DNA of 64,000 bases, from assembly GCA_964016885.1 (NCBI GenBank), contig OZ024754.1, positions 24,366,001 through 24,430,000 of the forward strand, read 5' to 3'. Below the pieces are notes generated by a model. That model ran no database searches, was not told the origin of the DNA, and saw only the letters and a list, made by a program, of their open reading frames with translations. This DNA comes from Eledone cirrhosa (taxonomy: Eukaryota). Positions within the stretch are counted from its first letter, which is position 1; the number at the start of each line of letters is the position of its first letter. Made by a program: the position numbers and the translations under genes. Below, piece by piece: positions 1-14,200 of this stretch.

Positions 1-143
1 AATCGTTTCCCTTACTGTTTAACGAAAGTGTGCACTCTGGTCAGCTGAGTTCGAACTTTAATAATACGAACTTGGTTTTCCATAGAGTGAGTGAGGAAAT
101 GGCCGAAGCTATGTCCGATCTATTCGACTTGCTTCGTCTCCTA

Positions 144-270
<127 letters not shown>

Positions 271-350
271 AAGAGAATAATAAGTGATCTAAACAGTAGA
301 TTTTAGCAATAATTTCGAACAATTTTAGTTTCCATGAAAACAAACTTCAA

Positions 351-430
351 GAAATGACGGACAATGACGGACAATGACGTACAATGTCGGACAATGTCGG
401 ACAATGCCGGACAATGTCGAACAATGTTGA
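351..430. repeat. 10-bp minisatellite (ACAATGWCGG), ~8 copies
   Basis: gaaatgacgg acaatgacgg acaatgacgt acaatgtcgg ... acaatgttga. Confidence 0.9.
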
Positions 431-801
431 AAATAGATCTCGTAGTAGAAAAATGTTCATTGTTCTACACTGTATTTTATTCGGTTTTATGTTTTTTTTT
501 TTTTTTTTTTTTTGCATCTGTTCTTTTTAGTGGTTGACATTATTTTGTGTCTTATCTCCTCTAATATAGGCTATTTCTGTTTACTATTTGCCAACTGTTG
601 AATGCTAATCAACATTATCCGGCACCAATAAACCTGTCATCTCTTGGAAACAACAACAACAACAATAAACAAAAACATTGCCAAGTGTTAAATCCAATAG
701 GAAAAATTAGCTACTACAAACGAGTGATTAATCACGTATACGCACACACAAAGATAGATAGACAGACAGACACACACACACACACATACAGACACACGCC
801 G

Positions 802-850
<49 letters not shown>

Positions 851-1000
851 TATACATACAAGAAGACGATAAAATATGGGTAGGTGTTTCTGTATGCATT
901 ATAGACTCAATCTTTGTATCTCTCTTTCTTTCTCATTCTCTCTCATATGTGTGTGTGTATGTACATGTGTGTTTATATATATATATATATATATATATAT

Positions 1001-1465
1001 CGTTTCTGAATTTGTTTAGCAAGATTCTTTATCTGAAATCGTGTGTTGAAACCGATATTGTTATATTGTTATACTTTGGGAGGGTCATATTGCCAATAAG
1101 AAACACACGCACCAGTTGCTTTCACTTCAATTTATTATATATTTATAAATTTATAAATTCACAAATCTACAAACTTATAAATTTCTGGTTGGTTGGTTGG
1201 TTCCACAACCAGATAGTTGTTTATATATAGTCATAGTCCTTTCGTCACACACTCTGTGACCTCTTCAGTGACTGGGGATTCCTTTCTTTGTTTCTGTGCC
1301 TTTCCTTTCTTCTATCCTACGCCATTTTGTTTCTGTGTGTGTGTTGTGTGCTCAGTTTGCGCATGCGCCACATCCGGGTGTCTATTTGTTTATTTATTTA
1401 TTTGTTTATTGTTGGTGCGTGTATTGGCGTGTATTGGCAACATGACCCTCCCAAAGTATAACAAT
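1001..1465 (-). mobile_element. Penelope-like element 3'/pLTR remnant (family P1) with internal inversion
   Basis: Reverse complement of ~2780-3178, which follows a GIY-YIG ORF. 1430-1465 is an inverted copy of 1063-1098. Flanked by (TA)n. Confidence 0.8.
1229..1273 (-). ncRNA. Minimal type-I hammerhead ribozyme motif
   Basis: Minus strand reads AGTCA-CTGAAGA-G-GTCAC(AGAGTGT)GTGAC-GAAA-GGAC-TA-TGACT: stem I, core, stem II, GAAA and CUA site. Confidence 0.7.
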
Positions 1466-1700
1466 ATATATATATATATATATATATTTATTAAAATAAC
1501 AGATTAAAGTTTAAGCAAAGAATCGCTGCTTTCACCCTTAACGGGATCGTCTGAAACTAATCTGTTATTTTAATAAATATTTGTTCTACGGTTCTTATAT
1601 ATTTGATATATATTTATCCTTATCGAACCCTCTTTGGATTTTAGTCTTCAAATTTATTATTATTACTATTATTACTATATATATATATAGTAATAATAAC

Positions 1701-1847
1701 ATTACTGGTACTTTATTTTATCGACCCCGTAAGGATGAAAGGCAAAGTTAACCTCGGCGGGATTTGAACTCAGAATGGCAAGGGCCGTAACTCCATACGT
1801 CAAAGCATGGCGTCCGACCCTCTACCGACACTGCCAATCCACCGCCC
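1701..1847 (-). mobile_element. tRNA-derived SINE with a central domain resembling the MetaSINE domain
   Basis: Minus strand has A-box-like TGGCAGTGTCGG, B-box GAGTTCAAATCC, then GCCTTTCATCCTTACGGGGTCGATAAAATAAAGTACCAG. About 10 further copies or fragments occur in the window. Confidence 0.85.
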
Positions 1848-1883
1848 TAATAATAATAATAATAATATTAATAATAATAATAA

Positions 1884-2350
1884 TGGTTTCTTTATTAATC
1901 ACAAGGGTTGACACAAAGTAAAACATTAAGGACAGTACAGGACGGTACAAATGGGCATTTCTGCGTGTAAAAAAACAAAAACAGAGGATGTAACAAAAAA
2001 AGAAACAAAAAATTCCCCAATAGGGGGGAGACTTCCGAGGGACATTCGTGGAGAAAGCCCATTAAAAAAGCCTCGGAGACCCTGACCACCAGGGCAAGTG
2101 CCCTCTCCCAGTTTTCCACCTTTAATTTACAGGCGCATACTCAGAGCCATCACTCGGGCCATCTTTCAATAAAATGCTGGGAAGAGAGCACTTCCCTCTC
2201 TACCCTGATTTTACTTTTCAAATGAAATTTGAAAAAGTTAATCAGGGCATCACCGAAGAGGTAAGTCTTCAGCCCTTTCAAACGCGTCCACCACACTATC
2301 TCTTTCGCCATGGCCACCAGACAGATAATAACTGCCTGCCCTTCCCGTTT
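1884..2350 (-). mobile_element. Tx1-like LINE 3' fragment
   Basis: Closely similar to 17428-17925; encodes the ORF2 end (KEIVWWTRLKGLKT); 3' end abuts (TAA)n. Confidence 0.9.
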
Positions 2351-2404
2351 AAGTTTAAGTCTACTGTCCCACCATACCATGAATAAGTTAGCTATGTCGC
2401 CTGT

Positions 2405-2716
2405 ATGTATAGCATAAGATGTACTGAAGGACAATGTAGAGACAAAAATATAGTGTACATAGGTGAGACAGCTCGTAGTGTAGGGGAACGGATAAATGAA
2501 CACTGGCGAGACCTTCAAGATAGTAAAGAATCATCTGTACTCTACCAACATGCTAAAATAGAACATAAGGGTAAATTAGAGAACATAGAAATAAAAATAG
2601 AATCTACACACAGAAAAGACGCAATGTTTAGACAAATCACAGAGGCAATAAACATAAAAGAATTACAACCAAAATTAAATAGAAAATATGAGTGGAACAG
2701 CAACATCACAACTTAG
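2405..2716 (+). pseudogene. GIY-YIG endonuclease C-terminal fragment of a 5'-truncated Penelope-like element
   Basis: YSIRC...VYIGETARSVGERINEH...H...EAINI...PKLN, typical of PLE GIY-YIG domains. Confidence 0.85.
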
Positions 2717-3180
2717 AATTAAGGACAAAATGAAAACACACACACACATAGAACAAACAACCAACCGGTAACATGTAAATAAACAAATAAATAAACAAAT
2801 ATAAACACACACAGACACCCGGATGTGGCGCATGCGCAGACTGAGCACACAACACACACACACAGAAACAAAATGGCGTAGGACAGAACAAAGGAGAGGC
2901 ACAAAAACAAAGAAAAGAATCCCCAGTCACTGAAGAGGTCACAGAATGTGCGACGAAAGAACTTTGACAATATATAAACAACAATCTGGTTGTGGAACCA
3001 ACCAACCAACCAGAAATTTATAAATTCCTGAATTTATAAATTTATTAATAATAAATTGAAGTGAAAGCAACTGGTGCGTGTGTTTCTTATTGGCAACATG
3101 ACCCTCCCAAAGTATAACAATTTCGGTTTCAACACACGATTTCAGATAAAGAATCTTGCTAAACAAATTCAGAAACGAAA
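2717..3180 (+). mobile_element. Penelope-like 3' UTR/pLTR (family P1) with hammerhead motif at 2926-2968
   Basis: GTCA-CTGAAGA-GGTCACAGAATGTGCGAC-GAAA-GAAC-TT-TGAC. Ends in (TA)n. Homologous to 1001-1400 and 54481-54825. Confidence 0.8.
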
Positions 3181-3294
3181 TATATATATATATATTCATA
3201 CATAAATATACACATGCATATATATATATAGAGAGAGAGAGAAGAGAGAAATATATATATATGTATATATATATATGTATATTTTATATATATA

Positions 3295-3355
<61 letters not shown>

Positions 3356-3370
3356 TATACATATATATAC

Positions 3371-3403
<33 letters not shown>

Positions 3404-3962
3404 TATGTATATATATATATATACACACACAGTCGCGTTTATAAAGTCATGCGACAATCACAGCTGTCTATTATGGGAAACCCCAGAGTTGAGCTGTATT
3501 CTAACCAGCTGTCTTGATGTTTTTAATGATAGAACCATCAGACATTCTAAGGACAAACACTGCTATGTGGCGCTGAATTTAGTGACCCGACAGAGTTTTG
3601 AAGTGGTTCCCAAAGCGTGGGTCCCCCAATAGATAGGTCCTACTTGTTAATGATACTTTGTTTATTTTTATCCTTTGTTATTTTTAATCTTTTTATTTGT
3701 ATATTAGCTGGGGTTTTTTAACATTTTTTTTTGTTTATGTATTTTCTTCCATTCACCTTGACTAAGATTAAGAAGATATAAGGAAAATATAGAAATAAAA
3801 TGTCATTATCTGAAAGTGATACACACACACACACATACACACACACACACACATACACATATATATATATATATATAAACGTACATATATACTCACACAT
3901 ATATATATATGTATGCATACACATAAACATAAATACACACATGTATGTAAATATTTATACAC

Positions 3963-4064
<102 letters not shown>

Positions 4065-4770
4065 ATATATATATATGTGTGTGTGTTTTTGTCTCTGTGT
4101 GTATGTGTATGTATTTTTAAGCTTATATCTATATAGATTTACGTGTCGACTCGCTGTTGAGTATTACCACTTTTTGCACCTCTGGCTCCTTCCCTTTAAA
4201 GATGCAGTGGCTACCACTTGATGGGAACTCAAGATGCCGACCAATATAGCAACACTATGACCCCGCCTCTTAGGCACCAAAAACAAAGTAGCACGTAGCA
4301 CCATCGGTGACCCGAGAATTGCAACTGCTCTCACTTAATGTTTCACCACACTGATTGTCTGATAAAAATACAGGAGCGTTGTATTTCCTTGTCGCAAATA
4401 CACCTGATACTCAGTTCACTTCAACGAACGGTCTCCTGTGAATATGTTTCGAGAAGTTTATGTCCCGACTTACGTTGCATGAGGCGGAAGTTTAAAAAAA
4501 AAAGTAAAAAAAAAAAACTAAAGGAAAAAAAGGTAGGAAAAAAATGGGCATAAAATTGCCTTTGTATACAGAGACTTTCCAGTGAAAAAAGATTTTACAA
4601 CACGTGAGATTTTCGTTAAATGTTTGATGCTTGATGTATATAAGGCCAGGAAGAAAAACAAAAAAGCCAGAAGCTACAAATACTGCTGGTTTCAAGTATT
4701 TACAAAATCAGGTAAATACGCAGATATATGCACACAAGCGAAGTACGCAGTTCGATGGCAGTCATTTCTG

Positions 4771-4837
<67 letters not shown>

Positions 4838-4918
4838 TGCATTACTGCAATTCAGCAGTTTCATTGGCCGGAGAACGGTGACTTCGTTACTTTTATATTA
4901 TATTATATTATATTATAT

Positions 4919-4985
<67 letters not shown>

Positions 4986-5121
4986 TATATATAGTTGAAA
5001 AATGAACAAGCAAGACACAGGAGGCAATTTTTACAGAGTTATATTAGGTTAACGCTTTGTGAAAGTGGAATATATATCGGGACAGAACCAGTTTTAAACT
5101 AATTATCTCTCTCTCTCTCTC

Positions 5122-5235
<114 letters not shown>

Positions 5236-5956
5236 TTATATTATACATATACACATACACACGCACTCACATACATATATATATACCTATATATTTATAC
5301 ACACACACACACACACATACACGTATATATATATTAGAGTGCTCATTTACAATATCACTATTTATATAAAGATAACATCAACTATGTATAGTGAAAACAC
5401 TTTATCGGCGGGTTATCGTCTCATTCTACTTGCCTCTACACATTAAAATATTTCTACCATCTTGTCCTTGAACAATGTTGAGATCATTAAGGGGGTCCTC
5501 AGATGGAGTCCCTATTCAGAATCTGAATAACCTCACAGTAATTATCTCTTTCTATCATCTACACCTTTTTACTTTCTAACAGTTCATCAATTGTCCAGTC
5601 GTTTCGGCGCCAAAGTATGACGAGGCCCAAACACTCCCAGATTAACATAGCAGTCAGATTAACACTTGCTACGGGCCCTGTAGTTTCATGAGTCGTGCAC
5701 TGTACCACCTTTAACCTATAGCACTGTACCACCTTTAACCTATGTCAGGTTTTGCTTTTAAATTTAAGGACCTTATTCAGTATAAGCTAAACTAGCCTAA
5801 TCCAACACTTGATCCACAGCAGTAGTCACTATGTTGTCGAAGCCACACTCCATTATAAAATGACGGCACCTTTCCAAGTCATTCTGACGAAGGGCACTAT
5901 CACTTCGTGGGTCTTTCGGTTGTTGGCATTATCTGCTAGTCGCAAATCACATAAGG

Positions 5957-6030
<74 letters not shown>

Positions 6031-6031
<1 letters not shown>

Positions 6032-6561
6032 GATTTTGAGTTTATGTTGGTTGTATACCAACACCTCAGTATGCAGGCTGGAGCACTCGACGATGTGCGC
6101 AGGTTGGTTTGGTTACTCCGGAGTAGTGTAAAATAAAGTTAAATAAAAGTCAAATGATTAAAATTTAGCTTCGTTTATTACTGCTATATATATTTCAGTG
6201 ACAGCCATCTTTGGCTGTGACCTCTTCAGGCAGTTTGAATTAGTATGGTATAGACAAGTACATATGTTATTTAGGTGTATGATATTGTCAATACTCTGAT
6301 ATGCCCAGTTCCTTGTTGGGTTGTTAATTCACTGGGGAACGGGAGTCCCGTTCCCCAGTGAATTAACAACCCAACAAGGAACTGGGCATATCAGAGTATT
6401 GACAATATCATACACCTAAATAACATATGTACTTGTCTATACCATACTAATTCAAACTGCCTGAAGAGGTCACAGCCAAAGATGGCTGTCACTGAAATAT
6501 ATATAGCAGTAATAAACGAAGGTAAATTTTAATCATTTGACTTTTATTTAACTTTATTTTA
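6031..6561. mobile_element. Fold-back PLE-type element (family P2): 216-bp-arm palindrome centred at 6345 plus ~98-bp tail
   Basis: 6129-6344 and 6346-6561 are reverse complements (one mismatch seen). A non-palindromic copy lies at 53105-53421. Flanked by (TA)n. Confidence 0.85.
6456..6510 (+). ncRNA. Minimal type-I hammerhead ribozyme (mirror copy on - at 6180-6234)
   Basis: ACTGC-CTGAAGA-GGT(C)ACAGCCA[AAGA]TGGCTGT(C)ACT-GAAA-TATATATA-GCAGT. Confidence 0.85.
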
Positions 6562-7159
6562 TATGTATATATATATATGTATATGTGTATATGTATATAT
6601 ATATATATATATCATATATTAAGTAGGCAAACTAATCAAGAAAGAGAAGTAAAGGATTAGTTATGAAAATTAGAAGCCGGTAGAGAGAGGGTTAGTGTGC
6701 TCTATGGGTATAGTTAGCAATACAGACGAACAGGATGAGTGACTCGTAGAAGATTTGTCAAACAGAAATATCATAGACAGTGCTTAAGTGTTAAATATCG
6801 GAGAAAACAACAACAATTCATTGAATAAGTATATTTAGTGGCTGTCAAGTTGTTTTAGAGGTGAAATGGTTAATATACAGGTGGAGTAACTGGTTACTGA
6901 TTTGAAAATCGATAACCATACAGTGAAAATTAATATTCGAACCCCCCCCCCCTCTTCGGAGCCAGAAAGAAATTTATAAACATAGTTATTCATGTGACCG
7001 TGGAGAAGATCGTACAATAAAAGCGATACTTCGATAGATATGGATCTCTAGTAAGGTGTTTAGTAACATTACTTCTTTTTACATTCTCCTATTAGTCCCC
7101 GCCATGTTTATTTAGAAGTTAACTTGTCTACTCCATAAACATATTATCACAAACGATAA

Positions 7160-7896
<737 letters not shown>

Positions 7897-8797
7897 GGGG
7901 GAGGGGCATATATATGTGTAATTTATGTTTGTATATGCGTGTGTGTGTTTATCTCCCAAAACTTAGGGTTTCAACTATAACGAGATTGATAAATTATGTA
8001 CGAAATATGAAAAACATGTAGTGCGCTCTATATGAGCGATTGAATCAAGACGATACTCCAGCGAGGTCGTAGTCTAAAGACTAAAACCAGTGAAAAGAAT
8101 ATAAGGACATACATATGTACACATACATAAACTAGATAAAATCCATGCATACACACATACATACTCACATACATACATGCATGCATACATACATGCATGC
8201 ATACATACATACATACATACATACATACATACATACATACATACATACATACATACATACTATTGTGAAAAAATTTGTGAAATTATAAAACCAGAAGAAC
8301 ATACATACATACATAGATACATACATACATACATAAAAATGCACCCATTTATATCTATGAAGAGAACAGAATCACATACCGGTAACTTTGGCACGAAGAT
8401 ATTGTCCTGCAAGTCTGGCAGAATTCGTTGTATTTCAGAAAGATGATGAAATAAAAAATAAGATAACGAAACGCTAATATCGTCTGCTTGCTTTGATTTG
8501 TGTAACAGACCAACAGACATGCCTTACTCTTTCGTTTTATCTGGAACTTTCTATTTATTCATTTATTTATTACTATTACTTTTTTTGGTCGGGGGTGAGG
8601 GGTTACTTCTTAACATGTCTTTTTGGTTGGTGTTTTTCTATATATTTTTTTAATCATGTTAAGAGTGAATGCACCGACTGACCGCCATCTTAAAAACTTG
8701 TTACGAAGAACGAGGCTTGTTCATTTTTTAAAACAACAAAATAATAATGATGATGATGATGATAAATACAACACGTACTATTACAACAACAGCAACA

Positions 8798-8861
<64 letters not shown>

Positions 8862-9817
8862 ATCTACCTATGCGGCTCAATTTATTAGAATAGTTAATTT
8901 TTTGCTAGTTTTTGTAGAAAATATCAGACAGAGAGAGAGAGAGAGAAGTGAGAGAGTTAAGGAGTAAAGGAAATATGTAATATGTGGAGAAGTTTCAATA
9001 AGTTGGGTGATTAGGATAGTTGGCACTTGGATATCAGTGATATGTCATCAGCAAAATCAAGAAGGCTGATAGTCACTGTTGCTACTCACTATGATCTCTG
9101 CCTATCTGTGATGAATCTTAGTCTTTCTTCTCTGAAGTCCATGATTACGGTGTACAGATAAGGCACAAGAGTGTCGCCAAGTTGCGCCCCAGAAAATATA
9201 TAAACAAATTTAAATTCCTCCATCCACAGAAAGTACCCTGAGTTCTCGTATTTCCATAAGTGTTTCCACTAGCTTGACCTAGCCCTTCTCATATTCTGTA
9301 CGTTCGCAGGATTTTGAGCATTTTGATTCGGTGAATACAATCAATGGCTTTACTAAAAATCAACAAAGTTATTGATAGCAAGATATTTGCTCCTCTTGAT
9401 TGACCTGACCTAAAACTATTTTGATTTGGAGCGAGGTGACGATCGTGTTCACGTTGAATTTGTTGCAAATATTCAGGCTAGGTATAAGGTTTGAGTGTAC
9501 CTCCCTCCCTCTCACTCACCAGCCGCAAAGGTCCCGAAAAGAGTCCTGGTCAGTGCCCTTTTCTCACAGTCGAAGTCTCAGAATATAATTTCAGAATATT
9601 TGTTTCCATGAAGAGAGTTTTCATTCACTACCAGGAGAAAGTTTATCACTCATGCAAGTGGAACCTCTCGGTAGCTAAACAGATGAGGGGAATATTCACT
9701 ATGTATGTTTAAAAAGTATAAGAGCCGTGATGAAGAAATAGGTATATACAGATGTTAGGTGCTGAGAAATGAGCTCTGTAGTTTGATAAAAAGAGACCTG
9801 TTGGAAGAATAGAAACA

Positions 9818-10497
<680 letters not shown>

Positions 10498-10744
10498 ATA
10501 TATATATATATATATATATTGACACACCTTGCCAGTATATTTCAACATGATATTTCAGGGCTATTACCCTCTTTTCAAATGTGGAGCTGAAACAGTTCAA
10601 AACAAAACGAATGATAGATACGTATTTCAGACACTTGGGCAAGTTAAGGAAAAACACATCGATCGTCCCTAACTGAAATATTCAGATCGTCTAACATCAG
10701 AGTGTCTGAGATTTACAAAAATGAACCATAATAATAATAATTGA

Positions 10745-10870
10745 AACAATGTGGCATCTCAAAAGGGTTACAATACCAGTGATTTGAGAATAAAAACTGG
10801 TTTATCATCACGGCAAGAAGTGCAAAAAATGTTTTAACTGATACAGAACACGTATTGAGAAGTGCACAAT
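10745..10870 (+). mobile_element. Highly decayed R4/Dong 3' fragment
   Basis: Follows an (ATA)n tract; encodes MWHLKRVTIPVI and EVQK...HVLR, matching the RLE C-terminus MWKLRTKTIPVV...EIQK...HILR. Confidence 0.5.
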
Positions 10871-11157
10871 TGCTGTGAGAAGGATAATCCTCTACGCATT
10901 TTTCTTTTTGTAGATAATCGAAAGCTTATATATGATTGATTATCATTCTGTTATAAATATGATATTTTAAACAGATAATGTGCACATGTATAAAGCAAAT
11001 GATATACTTGTAACTGTGTAAATTGCGTGAAGTGAACAATCTGGTGTGTTTATTTTTGTGGCTTGTCAATGTATACAGTGACTTTTCTTTGCTCTATGAG
11101 TCGGGAAGACACTCGGCAAGAAATTGAAGCAAAACTGAAGGAAAAGGAAAAAACACA

Positions 11158-11209
<52 letters not shown>

Positions 11210-11210
11210 G

Positions 11211-14200
11211 GGAAGAAGACGCACGAGGTGGCGGAGGTCATGAAATCGCTCCCGTAAGTTTTGAATTTTTAACATATTTAAATCATTTGTGAAATAACAA
11301 CTCTTAGTACAAATGCTACGTAAAGCACCCGGCTTGAGCCCCAAAAAATTCGGACCCAAAATATATTGTTATAAGGCTCAAATATTCAAATATTCAACTT
11401 TGTATTGTACACTGTATATCCAAAAAAGAAAATGGCTATAAATGGAAGAAGAACCCCCCCCCCCCCTCCTCTCCCCTGTCTACACTATATAGAACAGCCA
11501 AACTCACCAACACCAGAAACTAGATACACTATATAGAACAGCCAAACTCACCAACACCAGAAACTAGATACACCACCCACCTCATCACCTGTGTACACTA
11601 AACACAACAGCCAGATAACGGCAATTTCACCACCACCGCTCACTACTGCCATCATTACCACCACTATCCCATCACCGCCGCCACCACTCTTCACTCCTTC
11701 ACTGACCACCACTGCCTCGGTATCGACATCACCACCACCACTGTCTCAGTATCGCTACCGCCGCCAGTCTCCCACTTCTCTAAGCTGGCTGCTGCCACCA
11801 CATTATAGAAGTCCTACTACTAAAAAAGAGGAAGGCATCAAAATATATAGATAGACTCAAAAGAAAAAAGAAAAAACAAACAACAAAACCAAAGCAGCAC
11901 AGCAACAACAGCAAAAAACGAGAAAAACAAACAGAGAAAAACAAAAACAAAAAACAAAACAAAAAACGTAAAGAAAATAAGAATGAAGAGAGAAGCAGGC
12001 GGACGGACAGAGAAGAGGGGGGAAAAACTAAAACTAAAAAAGCAAGAACTAAGTCAGACATTCGAACACTACATTACAATGAAACTTATGCTTATTCATT
12101 TTTGGGGCCCTTTCTGCCTGTGTGTTTGTTTGTTTATGTGTGTTCGTATACAGCGTGGTGATAATGCCACACAAGGGCCAAGTGGAACGGCGAATCCACA
12201 GATGGCTATGTAACCATACATTCGCCAATCCTCGATAAGAGTGTTTAAATATCGAACATAAACAGTTCGAATAACGGTGAAATGGAGACTAGAACGTCAT
12301 GTGACAGACTCTCACCCAACAGGTGCCCCCTGGCTCAGCAGCAGGAACCTGACTGTCAACCAAATACTGCTGATGTTGGAGGAAGAAGAAGAAGGAAAGG
12401 GGCCAGAACCAACTGGACGAAAGAATTGAATAAAACTGTTATGCAATGTTACCTGAAAAGTAACCCCAAGGAGAGGGGCTACAGGAGACGGATGCATAAC
12501 ATCTGGAACGAGATTGGTCTATTTAAATTAGATGAACAAAAATTGGCCGGACAGGCTCGGGTAATAAGAACTAATGGGTGGATAAGCGAGCTGGAACTGG
12601 AGGAACTGAGCAGAGAGAATGGCTTGGAGATGGAGGGTGTAGTATGCCAGACAAGCGAGCCAGTGGGAAATGAAGGTGAAGAGGTCCTGAGAACGGAGGA
12701 ACCACCCGAAGTAGACAATGATCTGAATACTGAGATAAATAATACCTGGAACAGAGATACGGCCACTGAGGAGATGAATGCTGACAGGCTAGGACAAGAT
12801 TCGGTTGACATCCTAAATTTAGTGGTAGATGAATTGAACAATGATAGTGGGAGACCTATGAACCTAAGATTTGTAGACAGGAAAAAGTTAAAAGAAACAA
12901 CAGCTAAGGTAAACAAAGTCATCCCATACCTTGAGGCGAGGAGCCTTCACCAGTGCAACAATATCCTCAAGGCAACAGCAAATACGGCGAGGAAACTACT
13001 TGGTATAAAAGCGAGAGGAAACAACAGACAAGAAAGAGCAGAGCCGTGGTGGAAGAAACGACTGAGTGGTCAAATCGGGGAAATGAGAAATGACATAGGA
13101 AAGCTTGAGTCACTACTGAATGGGACACTAAAAAACATAGGCACTAAAAATAGACTGGAAATAAAGTACAAAACTAGGAGGAAAAAGCTAAATATTATCA
13201 TAGAGGAACTGAAGCAACGCATTGTAGCAAAGAGTGCAAAAAATCAGGCGATACGAGAACAGAGTCAGTCAGTAGAAACAGAACCGCATGTTCGACAACA
13301 ACCAGAAGATGCTGTTTGGACAGCTTGAGGGGAAAGAAAGAGGCAACGACTTGATCCCTGGGGCGGAGCAAACTAAAACATTCTGGAGAGGAATATGGGA
13401 GCAGGATGTTAGACATAATGTCCAGGCAGGGTGGATTGAGACAGTACAGAGGGAGATCGGTGAGCAGGCACACCAACAAACTGATTTGAGTATCACAGTT
13501 GAAACTCTTAAGGGGCAGGCCAAAAAACTAACCAACTGGAAATTACCAGGCCCAGATGGTGTGCAGTGGTATTGGATTAAAAATTTAACATCCCTCCACC
13601 CGAAGCTGACGGCCATGTTCAATGACTGCTTGGTGTCGGGTGAGGTGCCAGAGTGGTTGACAAAAGGTACCACAGTTCTGATAATGAAAGACCGAATCAA
13701 GGGTAATGATGTTACCAACTATAGACCTATCATATGTCTGTCCGTAATGTGGAAACTGTTGACGAGCATTGTGTCTGAGGAAATCTACCATCACCTCCAC
13801 ACAAACAACTTGTTACCGGACGAACAGAAAGGATGCCGAAAGAAGTCACGTGGTACAAAGGACCAGTTACTTATTGATAAGATGGTAATGGGGAATTGCA
13901 GGAGGAGACACACTGATCTTGCCATGGGATGGATAGACTACAGAAAGGCATTTGACATGGTGCCTCATTCTTGGATCACCAAAAGCCTGGAGATCTTCAG
14001 AGTGGCAGATAACATCAGACAGTTGCTGGGCAGGAGTATGGGGTCCTGGGAGACAGAGTTGACATCAACTGGAGTATCCTTGGGAAGCGTGAAGATCAAG
14101 AGAGGTATCTTCCAGGGAGATAGCCTGTCCCCTCTGTTGTTTGTCCTTGCCCTGATGCCCTTGACCATTATGCTGCGAAAAGTGAGAGCAGGATACAAGT

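Noticed and set aside
1701-1847. tRNA genes
   Set aside because: The A/B boxes belong to SINE heads; no cloverleaf was found.
5884-5910. CTGACGA hammerhead core
   Set aside because: No following stem II or GAAA.
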